Assembly (NCBI GenBank): GCA_951406725.2
Contig: OX597816.1
Coordinates: forward strand, 172,546,001 to 172,610,000
Source of the DNA: Octopus vulgaris
Taxonomy: Eukaryota
Reading direction: 5' to 3'
Length of the DNA: 64,000 nt
The notes beneath the pieces were generated by a model. That model saw nothing but the letters and a program-made list of their open reading frames with translations. It was not told where the DNA came from and did no database searches. Position 1 is the stretch's first letter. The number at the start of each line of letters is the position of its first letter. Both the position numbers and the translations under genes were made by a program. Positions 51,901 to 64,000 of this stretch are shown here, in pieces.

Positions 51901-52129
51901 TATTTCTTTACCACCCACAAGGGGCTAAACATAGAGGGGACAAACAAGGACAGACAAAGGGATTAAGTCGATTACATCGACCCCAGTGCGAAACTGGTAC
52001 TTTATTTATCGACCCCGAAAGGATGAAAGGCAAAGTCGACCTCGGCGGAATTTGAACTCAGAAAGTAACGACAGACGAAATACCGCTAAGCATTTCGCCC
52101 GGCGCGCTAACGTTTCTGCCAGCTCGCCG
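51899..52129 (-). mobile_element. SINE family A
   Basis: Matches the family consensus. Confidence 0.9.
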
Positions 52130-52198
52130 TATATTAATGCCGATATCAGTGGATGGTCTCGGCTGTATTTGTGTATGCATCAGAGGCCAGCACTTTAA

Positions 52199-52303
<105 letters not shown>

Positions 52304-52351
52304 TGTATGTATGTATGTATGTATATATGTATGTATGTATATATGTATATA

Positions 52352-52481
52352 GGCGCAGGAGTGGCTGTGTGGTAAGTAGCTTGCTAACCAACCACATGGT
52401 TCCGGGTTCAGTCCCACTGCGTGGCATCTTGGGCAAGTGTCTTCTGCTATAGCCCCTGGCCGACCAATGCCTTGTGAGTGG
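52352..52481 (+). mobile_element. SINE family C, 5' part only
   Basis: Head through gccttgtgagtgg, then an abrupt end. Confidence 0.88.
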
Positions 52482-53166
52482 TCTTTTATGTTTGTATTGA
52501 TAGAATATTAGAAAGGAGGAAAGATAATGAAAGACAAAACGAAAGAGAAAGAGAGAGAGAGAGAGAAAGAGAATGAGAGAGATGGAGAAAAAGGAGAGAT
52601 AATCTCTCTCACACACGCACACATGTACACGCGCGTGCACACATGCACACGCGCAAAGACATTCTGTAGAGATGAAAAGTGGCAGTGAAAGAGTATGGAT
52701 GATGGAAGGAAAGGGTAAGAATTGAAACCAGTTGGCGGCGTTTGCACCTGTTGGCCGCAACACAGTAAGAAAGTAAAATTATAGCTGCCATTGCTATCCA
52801 ATTAACCACAAACAAAATCTAGCAAATGAAAACTAATCAAAAAGTATTCCTGAAGGTGGTTAAAATGTCTGTCACTTGACTTGTGAAATTTCCCTCGTTG
52901 ATCCACTTATTAGGAATGTGGCGGGATGAGGACTAGAAGATTGTTTAATATTGATGATGGCAGTGGTGCTGGTGGTGGTGATGGCCGGAGGAAGGGATGG
53001 TGAGATTTTAATCATGATCATTGTAATACTGTTAATGAGGGGTTCACAACAGTGATGATGATGATGATGATGATGATGACGACGACGACGACGACAGCGG
53101 CGGAGGTAACTGTAGTGGAGTTAGAGGTGAGAGATGCTTTGCTAACAATGATATTGCAACTGCTGA

Positions 53167-53767
53167 AAGGCGGCGAGCTGGCAGAAACGTTAGCACGCCG
53201 GGCGAAATGCATAGCAGTATTTCGTCTGCCGTTACGTCCTGAGTTCAAATTCCGCCGAGGTCTACTTTGCCTTTCATCCTTTCGGGGTCGATAAATTAAG
53301 TACCAGTTACGCACTGGGGTCGATGTAATCGACTTAATCCGTTTGTCTGTCCTTGTTTGTCCCCTCTGTGTTTAGCCCCTTGTGGGTAGTAAAGAAATAA
53401 GTATTTCGTCTGCCGTTACGTCCTGAGTTCAAATTCCGCCGAGGTCTACTTTGCCTTTCATCCTTTCGGGGTCGATAAATTAAGTACCAGTTACGCACTG
53501 GGGTCGATGTAATCGACTTAATCCGTTTGTCTGTCCTTGTTTGTCCCCTCTGTGTTTAGCCCCTTGTGGGTAGTAAAGAAATAAGTATTTCGTCTGCCGT
53601 TACGTCCTGAGTTCAAATTCCGCCGAGGTCTACTTTGCCTTTCATCCTTTCGGGGTCGATAAATTAAGTACCAGTTACGTACTGGGGTCGATATAATCGA
53701 CTTAATCCGTTTGTCTGTCTTTGTTTGTTCCCTCTATGTTTAGCCCCTTGTGGGTAGTAAAGAAATG
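53167..53767 (+). mobile_element. SINE-A trimer: one head plus three 184-bp units in a single 17-bp TSD
   Basis: Units start at 53217, 53401 and 53585. TSD gatattgcaactgctga at 53150-53166 and 53768-53784. Confidence 0.95.
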
Positions 53768-54012
53768 GATATTGCAACTGCTGACAATGAGAGCGCTACT
53801 GATGGTGACGATGGCGGTGGAGATGGTAGTGCAGATGTTGCTGGTGGTGGCGGTGGTGGCGGTGGCGGTGGTAACGGCGATGTTGTTTGTGTGAGTGTAT
53901 GCTTGTGCGTGTACAGGATTCGGATTGTGACTGCTTGTGAGTTTCTGCGTGTGTTTTACACTCTGTGTGTGACTCTCAGTGTGTGTGTGTGTGTGCGTGC
54001 GTGCCTTTGTGT

Positions 54013-54067
<55 letters not shown>

Positions 54068-55489
54068 CATATGCCTGATATGATACTGTCTATATATGAA
54101 TATGTGTAAACGCGAGACTTCATATGTGCGAGTATATTTATACAAGTGTGTAAGTAATTCATGTTTGAGTATGTATCCATGTACTTAGTGTATACAAAGA
54201 TAAAATGGTAGCGGTGTTTGTTGTAGTGGCGGTGGTGGTAGTGGTTACGATTGCAACAAAATGGAGGGAAAAGAAAGGGGAAAAGGACGAATTACTAAAC
54301 GCTGTTTACTGATAATTTCGTTTATACAATCAGTGGCTCGTCGACGCAATTAAGGCAGAATCGGAATCAATTGGAAACGGTTTGATCTTTGACAAACCGT
54401 GACAGAATATGATGAGCGAGCAGAAAATTACTGGTCACTAACCGTATCAATGGCCGTATCAGTAAAAGCTGCAACGGAAGCCTAATCATTTACTGATTGA
54501 TATTACGACCGCCTCTTTGCCATGCCAGGCCAAGCTTGCAAACGTAAAATGGCGATGCTGAACTCCCAGTTGTGTCAGATAACGTTTACCTTATTCCCCG
54601 TCCTTATTAACCGCTAGTTTTCCCATGAGACATTGCTTCACTTCAATAACGTAGGACAAGTAAGGAAGAGGGGGAAAGGAGAGAGGGCGAGAGTGAGAGT
54701 GAAAGAGTCCAGGAGTTCGCTTGAAAGACAGACTGGGGAAAGGGAAAGAAGAAAGGAGGGAAGGAGAGAGAGAGAGAAAGGGGAGTGATATAAAGATGAT
54801 AAAATAGGAATGAAAGAGAGAGAGAGTCTGGGTGACACTATGAGCAAGTGAAGGAGAAAAGAGCGGGAGGGGGGGAGAAGAGATAAGATAAAAGTAAATA
54901 CTAAATCGAGAGTGAGAACAAAAGATTGAGTAGGAGTGCGAGTGTGAGCGAGATATAGAGAAAGAGTCAAAAGTAGAGTGAGAGAAGGAAAGGGGAAGAA
55001 ATGAAAGAGTGGCGTTTATCACGGTGAACCGAGTCTATGTTCCATGTTCGATTCCCGTTTGTTGATATTTCAACAAGCTAAAAAGAAAGAAAGGAAGGAA
55101 GGAAGGAAGAGAGAAAGAAAAAATGCTAGAGTTCCAGGAAAAAGCAATAAGGATAATTTCCTTCATAAAGAAGGGAAGAAAATGCGGGTAAAGATAAAAA
55201 GTATTTGTGGACCGTGAAAAGTCAAAGTTTCAAACGTGACGAACAAGCCAGGATCACAATTTCCACTTTTTCCACAATTTCCACAATTTCCACTCTGACC
55301 TCTAAAATCATACGAAGTTGATTAGAACACTGCTGCACTGACATAGGCTCGGGAACAGAGAGCGGGAAGGAAATGGGGCAAGCACGCTTCCTCGAATTTT
55401 TGTTAGGTAACGCTTTGGACATCCTCCTGAAAATCTTCATCGTCAAAACGAACGAGTGTAGCAACAGTTTTGGACTGATTTGAAACGTT

Positions 55490-56965
55490 GCTATTCTATC
55501 ATTGAATTTATCTAATTTGATTGATGTACAAATATGATAATAACAGAATTGGAATAGAATTTGGACACAAGAAGTGCAGAATAATCTACCTAAAAAGAGA
55601 CAAGGTACAGTCTCTAGAAGGGATAGAATTACCTATTAAAGACTGGATTAAATAAATTAAAAGGGAAGGCTATAAATACCTTGGTATACAAGAGTTCAAC
55701 GAGATAATGGAAAAGGAAATGAAAGAGCAACTGAGGGTGGAGTATTTCCGAAGACTAAGGTTGGTGTTGCACTCAAAATTGACTGGATGGAATAAAATCC
55801 AAGCAGTTCATACGTGGGCGATAGCATCATTTCGGTATGGAGCAGGAATTATAAAATGGCAAAAGAGAGAAGTAATGAAAATGGATACCAAGACTAGAAA
55901 AATGTTGATAGTGCACGGAGCCTTCCACCCTAAGAGTGACACCGATAGGCTGTACTTGTCCAGAAGAAAGGGTGAAAGAGGTTTGATCAGTTGCCAGGAT
56001 TGAATGGAAGCAGAGGAAAAGAGTTTAGGGTGGTATATAAAAATGACGTGGAGCCATAGTTGAAACATACAAAGAAGACTGGCGTGATCAAAACTGAAAA
56101 TTGTGTAATGAAAGAAAAAAATTAAACAAGAAATGAACCAAAAAGGAAAAGCATGGGAGAAAATGTACTGTCACTTTGCAAGAGATGTGAACGCCTAAAC
56201 AGATATAGAGGACACATAGCTATGGATGAGGAGGAGTGATCTGAAGATAGAGACGGAAGCACTCATATGCGCTGCTCAAGAACAAGTGTTAAGGACCAAC
56301 TATGTTAAGTGCAGAATAGACAACCCTACCGATTACGACAAGTGCAGAATATGTGATGAGAGGGGTGAAACGGTATGGCACATCGTTAGCGAATGCCTGA
56401 AATTGGTACAACGCGAATTTAAAAGGCGCTATGACAATGTGGCAAGAATGGTCCATTGGGAGGTTTATGGACATCACGGCCTACAAAGGGCAATGACGTG
56501 GTATGAGAAAACACCAGAAGTCACCGAGAATGAGAATTGCAAAATCCTGTGGGATGCAATGATCGAGTGCGATCACCTGGCCAAACATCGGAAACCGGAT
56601 ATTGCTGTGGTGTATAAAAATGAAATAACATGCATGATAATAAACAACAGGATCTATGTGAAAGAAGAAGAAAAAATACAGAATTATGACGATTTGAAGC
56701 GGGAAATGCGAAGGCAGTGGTCAATGAAGAATGTAGACGTGATAACAATAGAAATTGGTGCACCTGGAAATATCAGCAATCAACTACCAACAAAGCTAAA
56801 AAAAAGTTTGGTGCTAGTGTGAAGGTAGAACATCTGCAAAAAATCATCATTGCTTGAAACTGCAAGAATTCTTCGCATGACCAGTAAACAAGTGTCATCT
56901 TAGTCTGCTGACTGTGGACAGCTGATACTTTCCATCATACTCAGCAAAATAAGCTGTGAGCTTTC

Positions 56966-56970
<5 letters not shown>
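55490..56970 (+). mobile_element. Decayed 5'-truncated R4/Dong-type LINE ending in (TAA)n
   Basis: YKYLGI, HPKSDTDRLYLSRRKGERGL, ETEALICAAQEQ, CRIC...ETVWHIVSEC, RKPDI. Confidence 0.92.
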
Positions 56971-57048
<78 letters not shown>

Positions 57049-57059
57049 ATGATAATAAA

Positions 57060-57598
57060 TATGCCCCGATGCAGTACCAGGCAGTGGCTTTCATGGCTTC
57101 TGATCTTAACTGATTGGACATGTCATCATGTACATTGTTTTGTTTTGGTATAAAAGATGGGCTACAGCAAATATTCTGCTCAATACCACATATTTGCTTG
57201 TCAATTGACTGACCTTAACCAGTTGACCATGTCCCTTGGTGGCTGACAATATGTGCATCTCTGATCAGGAGAAGTAGTGGAAGAGCATCCTAGCTATGTG
57301 TTGAGAGGAATAATTCACCCTTGGAAACATGGGTGTTTCGTTCATCATCCTTAAACAAACCTTATTTCGGGACCTTTTGAGCGGGATGGGTTACTCGACC
57401 TGAAGAAAATTTTAACTGGGCCCCACCTGCAAGGTCATGCGCTGTTTATCTTGATATGAGATCACCATGTCGCGCACATATGATTGTCATGCATGTGCCA
57501 GGTGTAACCTTATCAGACAGGTAGTCATGATGGGTATACTGGGCTTCGTATATTTTACCCCAGTGTCACTTTGATGGCATGCACTGCTCTCTCACTCA
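57060..57598. mobile_element. Unclassified ~540-bp non-coding insert between (TAA)n tracts
   Basis: Sharp borders with (TAA)/(TAG) repeats on both sides. Its repeat status cannot be shown within this window. Confidence 0.45.
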
Positions 57599-57599
57599 A

Positions 57600-57600
57600 A

Positions 57601-57692
<92 letters not shown>

Positions 57693-58171
57693 TAATAATA
57701 ATAATAATAATAATAATGATAATAATAATAATAATAGTAATAATAATAATAATAATCTCAGACCAGATATAGTTGTCAGAGATCATGAAGAAAAAAAATG
57801 CTTTCTAATTGATGTATCAATACCGGCTGATGACAACGTGTCTCTAAAAGAAATGGAGAAACTCTCAAAATACAAAGACCTGGAAATAGAGGTAACTAGA
57901 ATGTGGAATCTGAAAACAGAAACAATTCCTATCATAGTAGGTGCATTAGGCATGATAAAAAAATATTCTGACAAATACATAACAAAAACACCAGGACTTA
58001 CAAACACATATAACATACAGAAAATTGCACTACTAGGCACTGCACACATCCTACGCAGAACACTTTCCATACAATAACCATCAGAGCATCACAACAAATC
58101 ACAGCACATACCCAAGGCACACAGAGCTGCGCTCGGTAGTGAAGTGAAAGCACGCTATAAAAATAAAACTA

Positions 58172-58206
<35 letters not shown>

Positions 58207-58340
58207 TAATAATAATTGTAATAATAATAATAATAATAATAATAATTATAATAATAATAATAATGATAATTTTAATGATAATAATAATAACAATAATAGT
58301 AATAATAATAATAATTATTATAATAATAATAATAATGATA

Positions 58341-58371
<31 letters not shown>

Positions 58372-58375
58372 TAAT

Positions 58376-58437
<62 letters not shown>
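57600..58437 (+). repeat. (AAT)n array split by the Dong-type insertion
   Basis: Read directly. Confidence 0.95.
57757..58175 (+). mobile_element. Short 5'-truncated R4/Dong-type LINE (endonuclease domain plus 3' UTR) inside (TAA)n
   Basis: RPDIVVRDHEEKKCFLIDVSIP...EKLSKYKDLEIE...IPIIVGALG...ALLGTAHILRR; (AAT)n on both sides. Confidence 0.93.
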
Positions 58438-58654
58438 GCAAAAAAACAAAAAAAAAACTGAATGCCTCAAACCAGGCAAGTCACAAAAGATGAGAATTGT
58501 GAGGGGACAGAGAGGTACATTAAGAAACTCCACTGACCTCGGTTTTCAATCAGTTTATTTTAAAGTTAAAAGGATACTTGAACCACCCTGTATAAGCAAA
58601 AGGTATCCTGACTGCACTTAGATATAGAACAAATGAAATCTGAACTGCGACACA

Positions 58655-58705
<51 letters not shown>

Positions 58706-59066
58706 CGAGCAAAACGCCCCTCGTCCAATGGACGGTGCTGAGTTGTCAAACATTTAAACCAAATTTTCTCAAAACAACTTGTCCGACCGTCCCATAGGCT
58801 TCCCCTTTCAAAAACACTGATTTAACCTAAATTTGAGACAAGCAAAAGAAGAAATAAAGATAGACTTTTTTCTATTCCAAAGAAAAACGGCTTTGTCGAT
58901 CGCATTCTCACCTGGAATCGATTTTTGTAATTTTTTCAATACTTATACACGCCCTGATAGCGCCTGTATCTACATATCAATCGGATGGAGGATGCCTAAG
59001 ATACTAGAAGACACACAGACAGAACGGATTTTATATAATGTATGAATGTATGTATGTATGTATGTA

Positions 59067-59583
59067 ACCCAGTACAACCTGTTGCATGGTCGGGTCGTCG
59101 GCAACTAAACCGGCAACCCCACCAAGCTTGCTTGGTGAGGAGGGTGTTTATTGGACACCCTGCGGGATGAAAAACAAAACCCGTCAAAGGGCGGAGGAAC
59201 TCTTGAGAGTCAACGGCCATCCAATAAATGCCTTAAGGCTGTACATGCGCGGGGACATGGAAATAATTGGACTGAATACACAATCGCGCGATTAAACCAT
59301 TGGGAGTGAAGGACTCCTAGCCTTTGTTAAGGCATCCTTCTAGGAGAAGGTAACTCAGTTAACTGGGATAACTCCAATATAAAACCTGCGGCTCAGTGGT
59401 TACCGATGATGTTGACTCGTTCTTCTTTTCGGATTATAGCTGCTGTTGCTTAGTGAGTGGGATTGACTCAGTGCACAACCTTTCCCCACTTTAAAAAAAA
59501 TCTTCTTGCACAAGCATTGCACGATAACAACATTGATTAAGCTTCGTTCAATGGCCATACTCGATAACGAGGGGGTAGCCACC
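59067..59583 (+). mobile_element. Structured non-coding insert in (TATG)n, RTE-5'UTR-like
   Basis: Flanked on both sides by atgtatgaatgtatg. Has several perfect hairpins and ggcatccttctaggagaaggtaactc, which resembles an RTE 5'-UTR motif as I recall it. Confidence 0.5.
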
Positions 59584-60160
59584 ATGTATGAATGTATGAA
59601 TGTATGTATGTATGTATGTATGTATGTATGTATGTATGTATGTATGTATGTATGTATGTGTGTGTGTGTATGTATGTATGTATGTATGTATGTATGTATG
59701 TATGTATGTATGTCCGCACATACATATATACATATATGCAAGCATCTGTGTGTATGTGTATTTGTATAAATATACATGTGTAAATATGGCATATTCAAAT
59801 AACATATTGTCGGAACAAAGCGTTCTGATTTATTTATCAGAGGACTTTAAAATGTTGGTATGTTGGTTATAACATGGCAAAAACTGACAAGTCTACTTCT
59901 CCATTGGACCACGCAGACGACCAGTTTTGATGGGGCCTCAAGTACGAAATGATCTTTCAGCTGCATCTGGAAGATCATCGCATTTGACGCTGCTTCACCG
60001 GCATCCATTTTGCTGTCAGTTTTTATTTGCTTCATATTCCATCTCAGTCAAATGCTGTGTCTAGTCTCTTGTGCTTATGAATATGAATATCTGCATTATA
60101 GATCAATATAAGCATTACACATACAGATAAATGTATATATGTATATGTATGCGTATATAT

Positions 60161-60254
<94 letters not shown>

Positions 60255-60579
60255 GTGTGTATACATACATACATATATACATACATATATATATATATAT
60301 ATTATTCAAAGGAATTCCAACTCTGTTTTTTATGTTTTATATATATTCTTATAATATTAATACAGGATATAGAATATATAGTATAATTAAAATATATATA
60401 GTAAAATGAAATGAAGTATTGATTGTCTTATTGAATAAATGAAATATTGAATATCAAATATTAAGGGACTAGTATACTTTCTTGCATTAAAGCAGTCTTC
60501 AAGGTCCCAGGTAGTGACAAGAGTGTTTCATATATATGTATATATACATATCCATATATTATGTATATACATATATATA

Positions 60580-60675
<96 letters not shown>

Positions 60676-60851
60676 CGTTTATATATTTGCTTTGCAAGAT
60701 TTTTGATGAGAAATCGTGTTTTGAAACAGACATTGTTGTATTTCGGAATGGTCATTTTGCTCGTTTAGCCAATAAAAACACACGCACTATATATTTGGTG
60801 TTAATTTGCTTCAGCGTTATTCATTTTTTACATTAATCTTAATCTTATTTC

Positions 60852-60888
60852 GACCAGTTCTTTCGTCACACTTCTGTGACCTCATCAG
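60852..60888 (-). ncRNA. Degenerate hammerhead motif in a Penelope-like remnant
   Basis: Minus strand CTGATGA-g-gtcac/agaagt/gtgac-GAAA-gaactg-GTC. Stem II is perfect; stems I and III are poor. Confidence 0.5.
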
Positions 60889-61145
60889 TAGTCCTTTGCT
60901 TTCTTCTTTCTTATTTGTGTGTCTCTCCTTACTAACGGTCAGCCATTTTGTATTTTGTATTCCTAGTGTATGTGTCTTCATTTGCGCATGCGTATACCTC
61001 TATGCGTGTCTATGTTTAGTTAGTGTGTGTGGGGGGAGGAATTGCCTGTAATATTTGTATCTCCTGTTTATATACGTTCGTGTAATTTGTTTTTCTTGTT
61101 TTTTGTTTTTGTTTATTTTTATTTTGTTCATGTGTTTACACCTAC

Positions 61146-61179
<34 letters not shown>

Positions 61180-61296
61180 GGAATTTTATGATTCAGTGTG
61201 ACCATGTGATAGAGAATAGGAAGTCAGACATAGTCTTATTTTTATTATTATTATTATTAATGTATATAGTTATTTACTTCCATTTGTTTATTTATC

Positions 61297-61457
61297 TGTG
61301 TATTTAATTATGTTTTTAGTTTTGTTTATATTGTTACCAGTTTATGGGGATCTTCTTCTGTCATATGGTGTGGTGTGTGCTAGTGTTCCATTCCAGTTTC
61401 CTATTCAGGCTAGGTTTATCTTCTATTATATGTGTAGCTACCGTAATTTGTCTAATT
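61297..61457 (+). repeat. 161-bp duplicate of 62381-62541
   Basis: Looks identical by eye; ORFs 61298..61750 and 62232..62639 share the peptide. Confidence 0.95.
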
Positions 61458-61465
61458 GTTGCGTC

Positions 61466-61574
61466 TGGGAGCTATGGAAGCTATGCCAACACTATGGAAT
61501 AACAACAGGAAAAAGATGGTATAGGCACACGACAGAAAAGGTCACCGAAAATGAGAAAGCAACAATACTATGGG
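61466..61574 (+). mobile_element. R4/Dong-type LINE fragment
   Basis: WKLCQHYGITTGKRWYRHTTEKVTENEKATILW. Confidence 0.8.
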
Positions 61575-61577
61575 AGG

Positions 61578-63720
61578 AGCTGCTGTTGCTTCTTTTCTAC
61601 TGTGGCCAAAGACTGGCCAAAATCATCATTCCGAATTTAGGAAGATCGTCCGTATTGCAAGATCGCGATTTTTTCGAACCATCACGGCGACTCCGCCTTC
61701 CGCTCCAGGACTACTTGGAGATGCGTACACCTTATAGTCACCGAAAATAGTTTGGAAGACCCATGAGTCAGAAATTCTGGTTTCACTAATGGCCACCACG
61801 TCAACATTCAGAACCTTGAGGTCGTTGAACAGATGATCCCGCTTCCAAGGCGACCCCAAGCCGCGTACATTCATGCTAGCTATTTTATGCATAACCATGT
61901 TGTCGAAAAAGAAAAGTAAAGGAAAACTTACTTGATTTTTGTATGGAAGGGCCGGTTGCCCGTCCTTCCTGTTGGCTTGGGTGTTTCCAGGAGCAAATCA
62001 CTAAGAATTCTCTCGGTGATATTCCCTCGTAAATCTCCGATTTCCTGTAGGAGTTGAGTTTTTAAGTGTGTATATGTGTTTTGTGTTGTTTGAATGATAT
62101 GTATGTGTGAAGGTCGGGAGATTGCGGATGTGACAAAAATCTTGTGTAATGTTTGTGTGTGTTATGTACTTCATAAATTTATTGTTTTGTGCTTATTGCC
62201 ATATAGTTTGTAATGCTAGTCTCTTTAATTTGTGCTTGTTGTGGTTGCTGTTGTTCATGCTGTTGTCGTTTTTGTTGATGCGGTTATGTGTGTGGGATGG
62301 CTTGTGTTTCAGGTGTTAGAGATGGTGGTGTCGATGCGGTCTTTGTTTTGGGTGTATTTGTTTTTGTTGGGTATTTTTGTTGTGTATTTAATTATGTTTT
62401 TAGTTTTGTTTATATTGTTACCAGTTTATGGGGATCTTCTTCTGTCATATGGTGTGGTGTGTGCTAGTGTTCCATTCCAGTTTCCTATTCAGGCTAGGTT
62501 TATCTTCTATTATATGTGTAGCTACCGTAATTTGTCTAATTATCTTTTTCTCTCTACTTCTAATGTGGACGAGGATTGTTGTTGTTTTTCCACATGTTTT
62601 ATTTTCCTTTATGTCGCATTTCAATCTTTTTGTTTTTAACTTCCACTCCTCATCGCGGTCCGACTCTCCATCTGTGATCTCCACGCACTCCGCATCGGAA
62701 GTGGAATATCTTCGGGCGCTGAGAAGTGTTTGGGGAGACTCGGTGTCGGTATGGTCGTTGGAGTTTGTGCTCCCATGGCTGAATCTGCTGATGGTGATGA
62801 CGCTGCCGCTGTTGTCACTCGAGTTCCGCTGGCTGTTGTTGATATAAGGAGATGAGGCACCCGTCTTTCTTTTTCCTTCAGTCTAGGGCAGAAAGCTTTT
62901 AAATGATTAGTCGAAAAGCAAATGTGGCACTTTGCTTTCCTTCCATCCACCCTGACTGGAATTATGCTGGAATTCCCCAGGAAGATGAATGTGGTCTGGG
63001 ATGAGATCCACATTCTTTTGGGTCTTCTGGATGAAGAGTTCTATCGTCATCCCAGACCAGTTCTCCCTTTTTTGGTCTGATAGGCTTCAAGGATTTTCGA
63101 GTTTTCCTCGATATCTATTGTTACTGCAGCAATTAGCCGAGGAATGACTATTTCTGGCGGCACCTGTTGAAGCAACAGCAGCTCCTCGCTTTTCAGGGGA
63201 TTCAGAGAGTGACAATTCACTCCCTCCTCTGTGCAGAATCTGCCCGTCACCATTCCATAGCCCTTTCTTCTCTGTATATATTCCTTTAGATTCCATACGG
63301 AACCTTAAGCTTTTAAGTCTCTGTGGATCTTTCTACCATCCTGTATTTTAATCCGATTGTATGGTACCTCACTGTGCGACGGATTGTATCCTGGATAGTG
63401 TCAAGTAAAGTATTTAGCTTTACAGCTAGTCCGCCTCTCTCAACTAGCTGTCTGACATTTTTAAGTTCCTCTTCAGAGAATGCAGTTCTCTGCGAAGGAA
63501 AGTTTAGAGCTATTCCAAGCCGCTGCACCGGCTTCTTTCTCAGTTCCATCGTTGTTTTTATCATTGTTGTTGTTGTTGTTGTTTTTGCTACTGCTGGGGC
63601 TACTGCTGCTGCTGTTGTCGCTGTTGTTGTTGTCGTTGTTGTCACCTCCGCTATTGTTGTTGTTAGATGTTAGTGGTGCTGCTGATGTTGATGTTGTTGC
63701 TGTTACTTGTACTTGCATCG
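61578..63720 (-). mobile_element. Tx1/L1-clade LINE 5' part (ORF1 plus start of the APE endonuclease), 3'-truncated
   Basis: Asn/Ser-rich N-terminus, QVPPEIVIPRLIAAV, RVDGRKAKCHICFSTNHLKAFCP (CCHC), and ORF2 MNVRGLGSPWKR...DVVAISETR. Confidence 0.9.
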
Positions 63721-64000
63721 TCCGTCGCTTCGCTCACAGAAGGAACCTCGTTGTTTACATTTACATAAAAGCTGTTTTTACTTTGAACAATGTTGTCGAA
63801 AACGGAGCTGTTGTTTTTCCAAGATCCTTTAAGAGATCTTTCTCGAAAGAATTGACCCTGTTTTCTTTTTCAACAAAGATTCGTACAACTATCATCTGGG
63901 TTTTTTTCTCTTCTATTGCGCCATCGTTTAACACTTTCGCACTCTCTCCCCTTCTCTCACATGTGAACATCAGCGCGTTTTGTTGTGCTTTCTCCATGTT

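Noticed and set aside
53217-53767. Regular repeat resembling a CRISPR array or satellite
   Set aside because: The units are contiguous 184-bp SINE bodies with no unique spacers, in a eukaryotic context with no cas genes.
63761-63997. 78-aa ORF at the window end
   Set aside because: No recognisable homology, and the context is cut by the window edge.

Overview
Eukaryotic, AT-rich, non-coding DNA made almost entirely of repeats. It is most likely from a cephalopod (Octopus); I infer this from tRNA-derived SINE families resembling those I recall from octopus genomes. I can support no host protein-coding exon, and most listed ORFs are microsatellite or SINE artefacts. Retroelements: four SINE families (A-D), decayed Tx1/L1-clade LINEs, R4/Dong-type LINEs sitting in (TAA)n arrays, two CR1/L2 3' ends, a decayed Gypsy pol and Penelope-like remnants. 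DNA transposons: Tigger, Tc1/mariner and hAT fossils, a GG-terminated MITE with an 8-bp target-site duplication (TSD), and a non-autonomous Helitron. There is also one tRNA-Leu(TAG) pseudogene. Best leads: (1) a shared 3' stem-loop tail links a Tx1-type LINE, an apparently complete ORF1-only 'half-LINE' (12669-14357) and the abundant SINE-A; (2) SINE-A multimers with a fixed 184-bp unit, one trimer inside a single TSD; (3) several hammerhead-ribozyme motifs and a retrozyme-like direct-repeat element in (TA)n tracts; (4) apparent partitioning of microsatellite targets among retroelement families. Coordinates and identities were counted by eye; element boundaries are approximate unless a TSD or terminal inverted repeat (TIR) is quoted.
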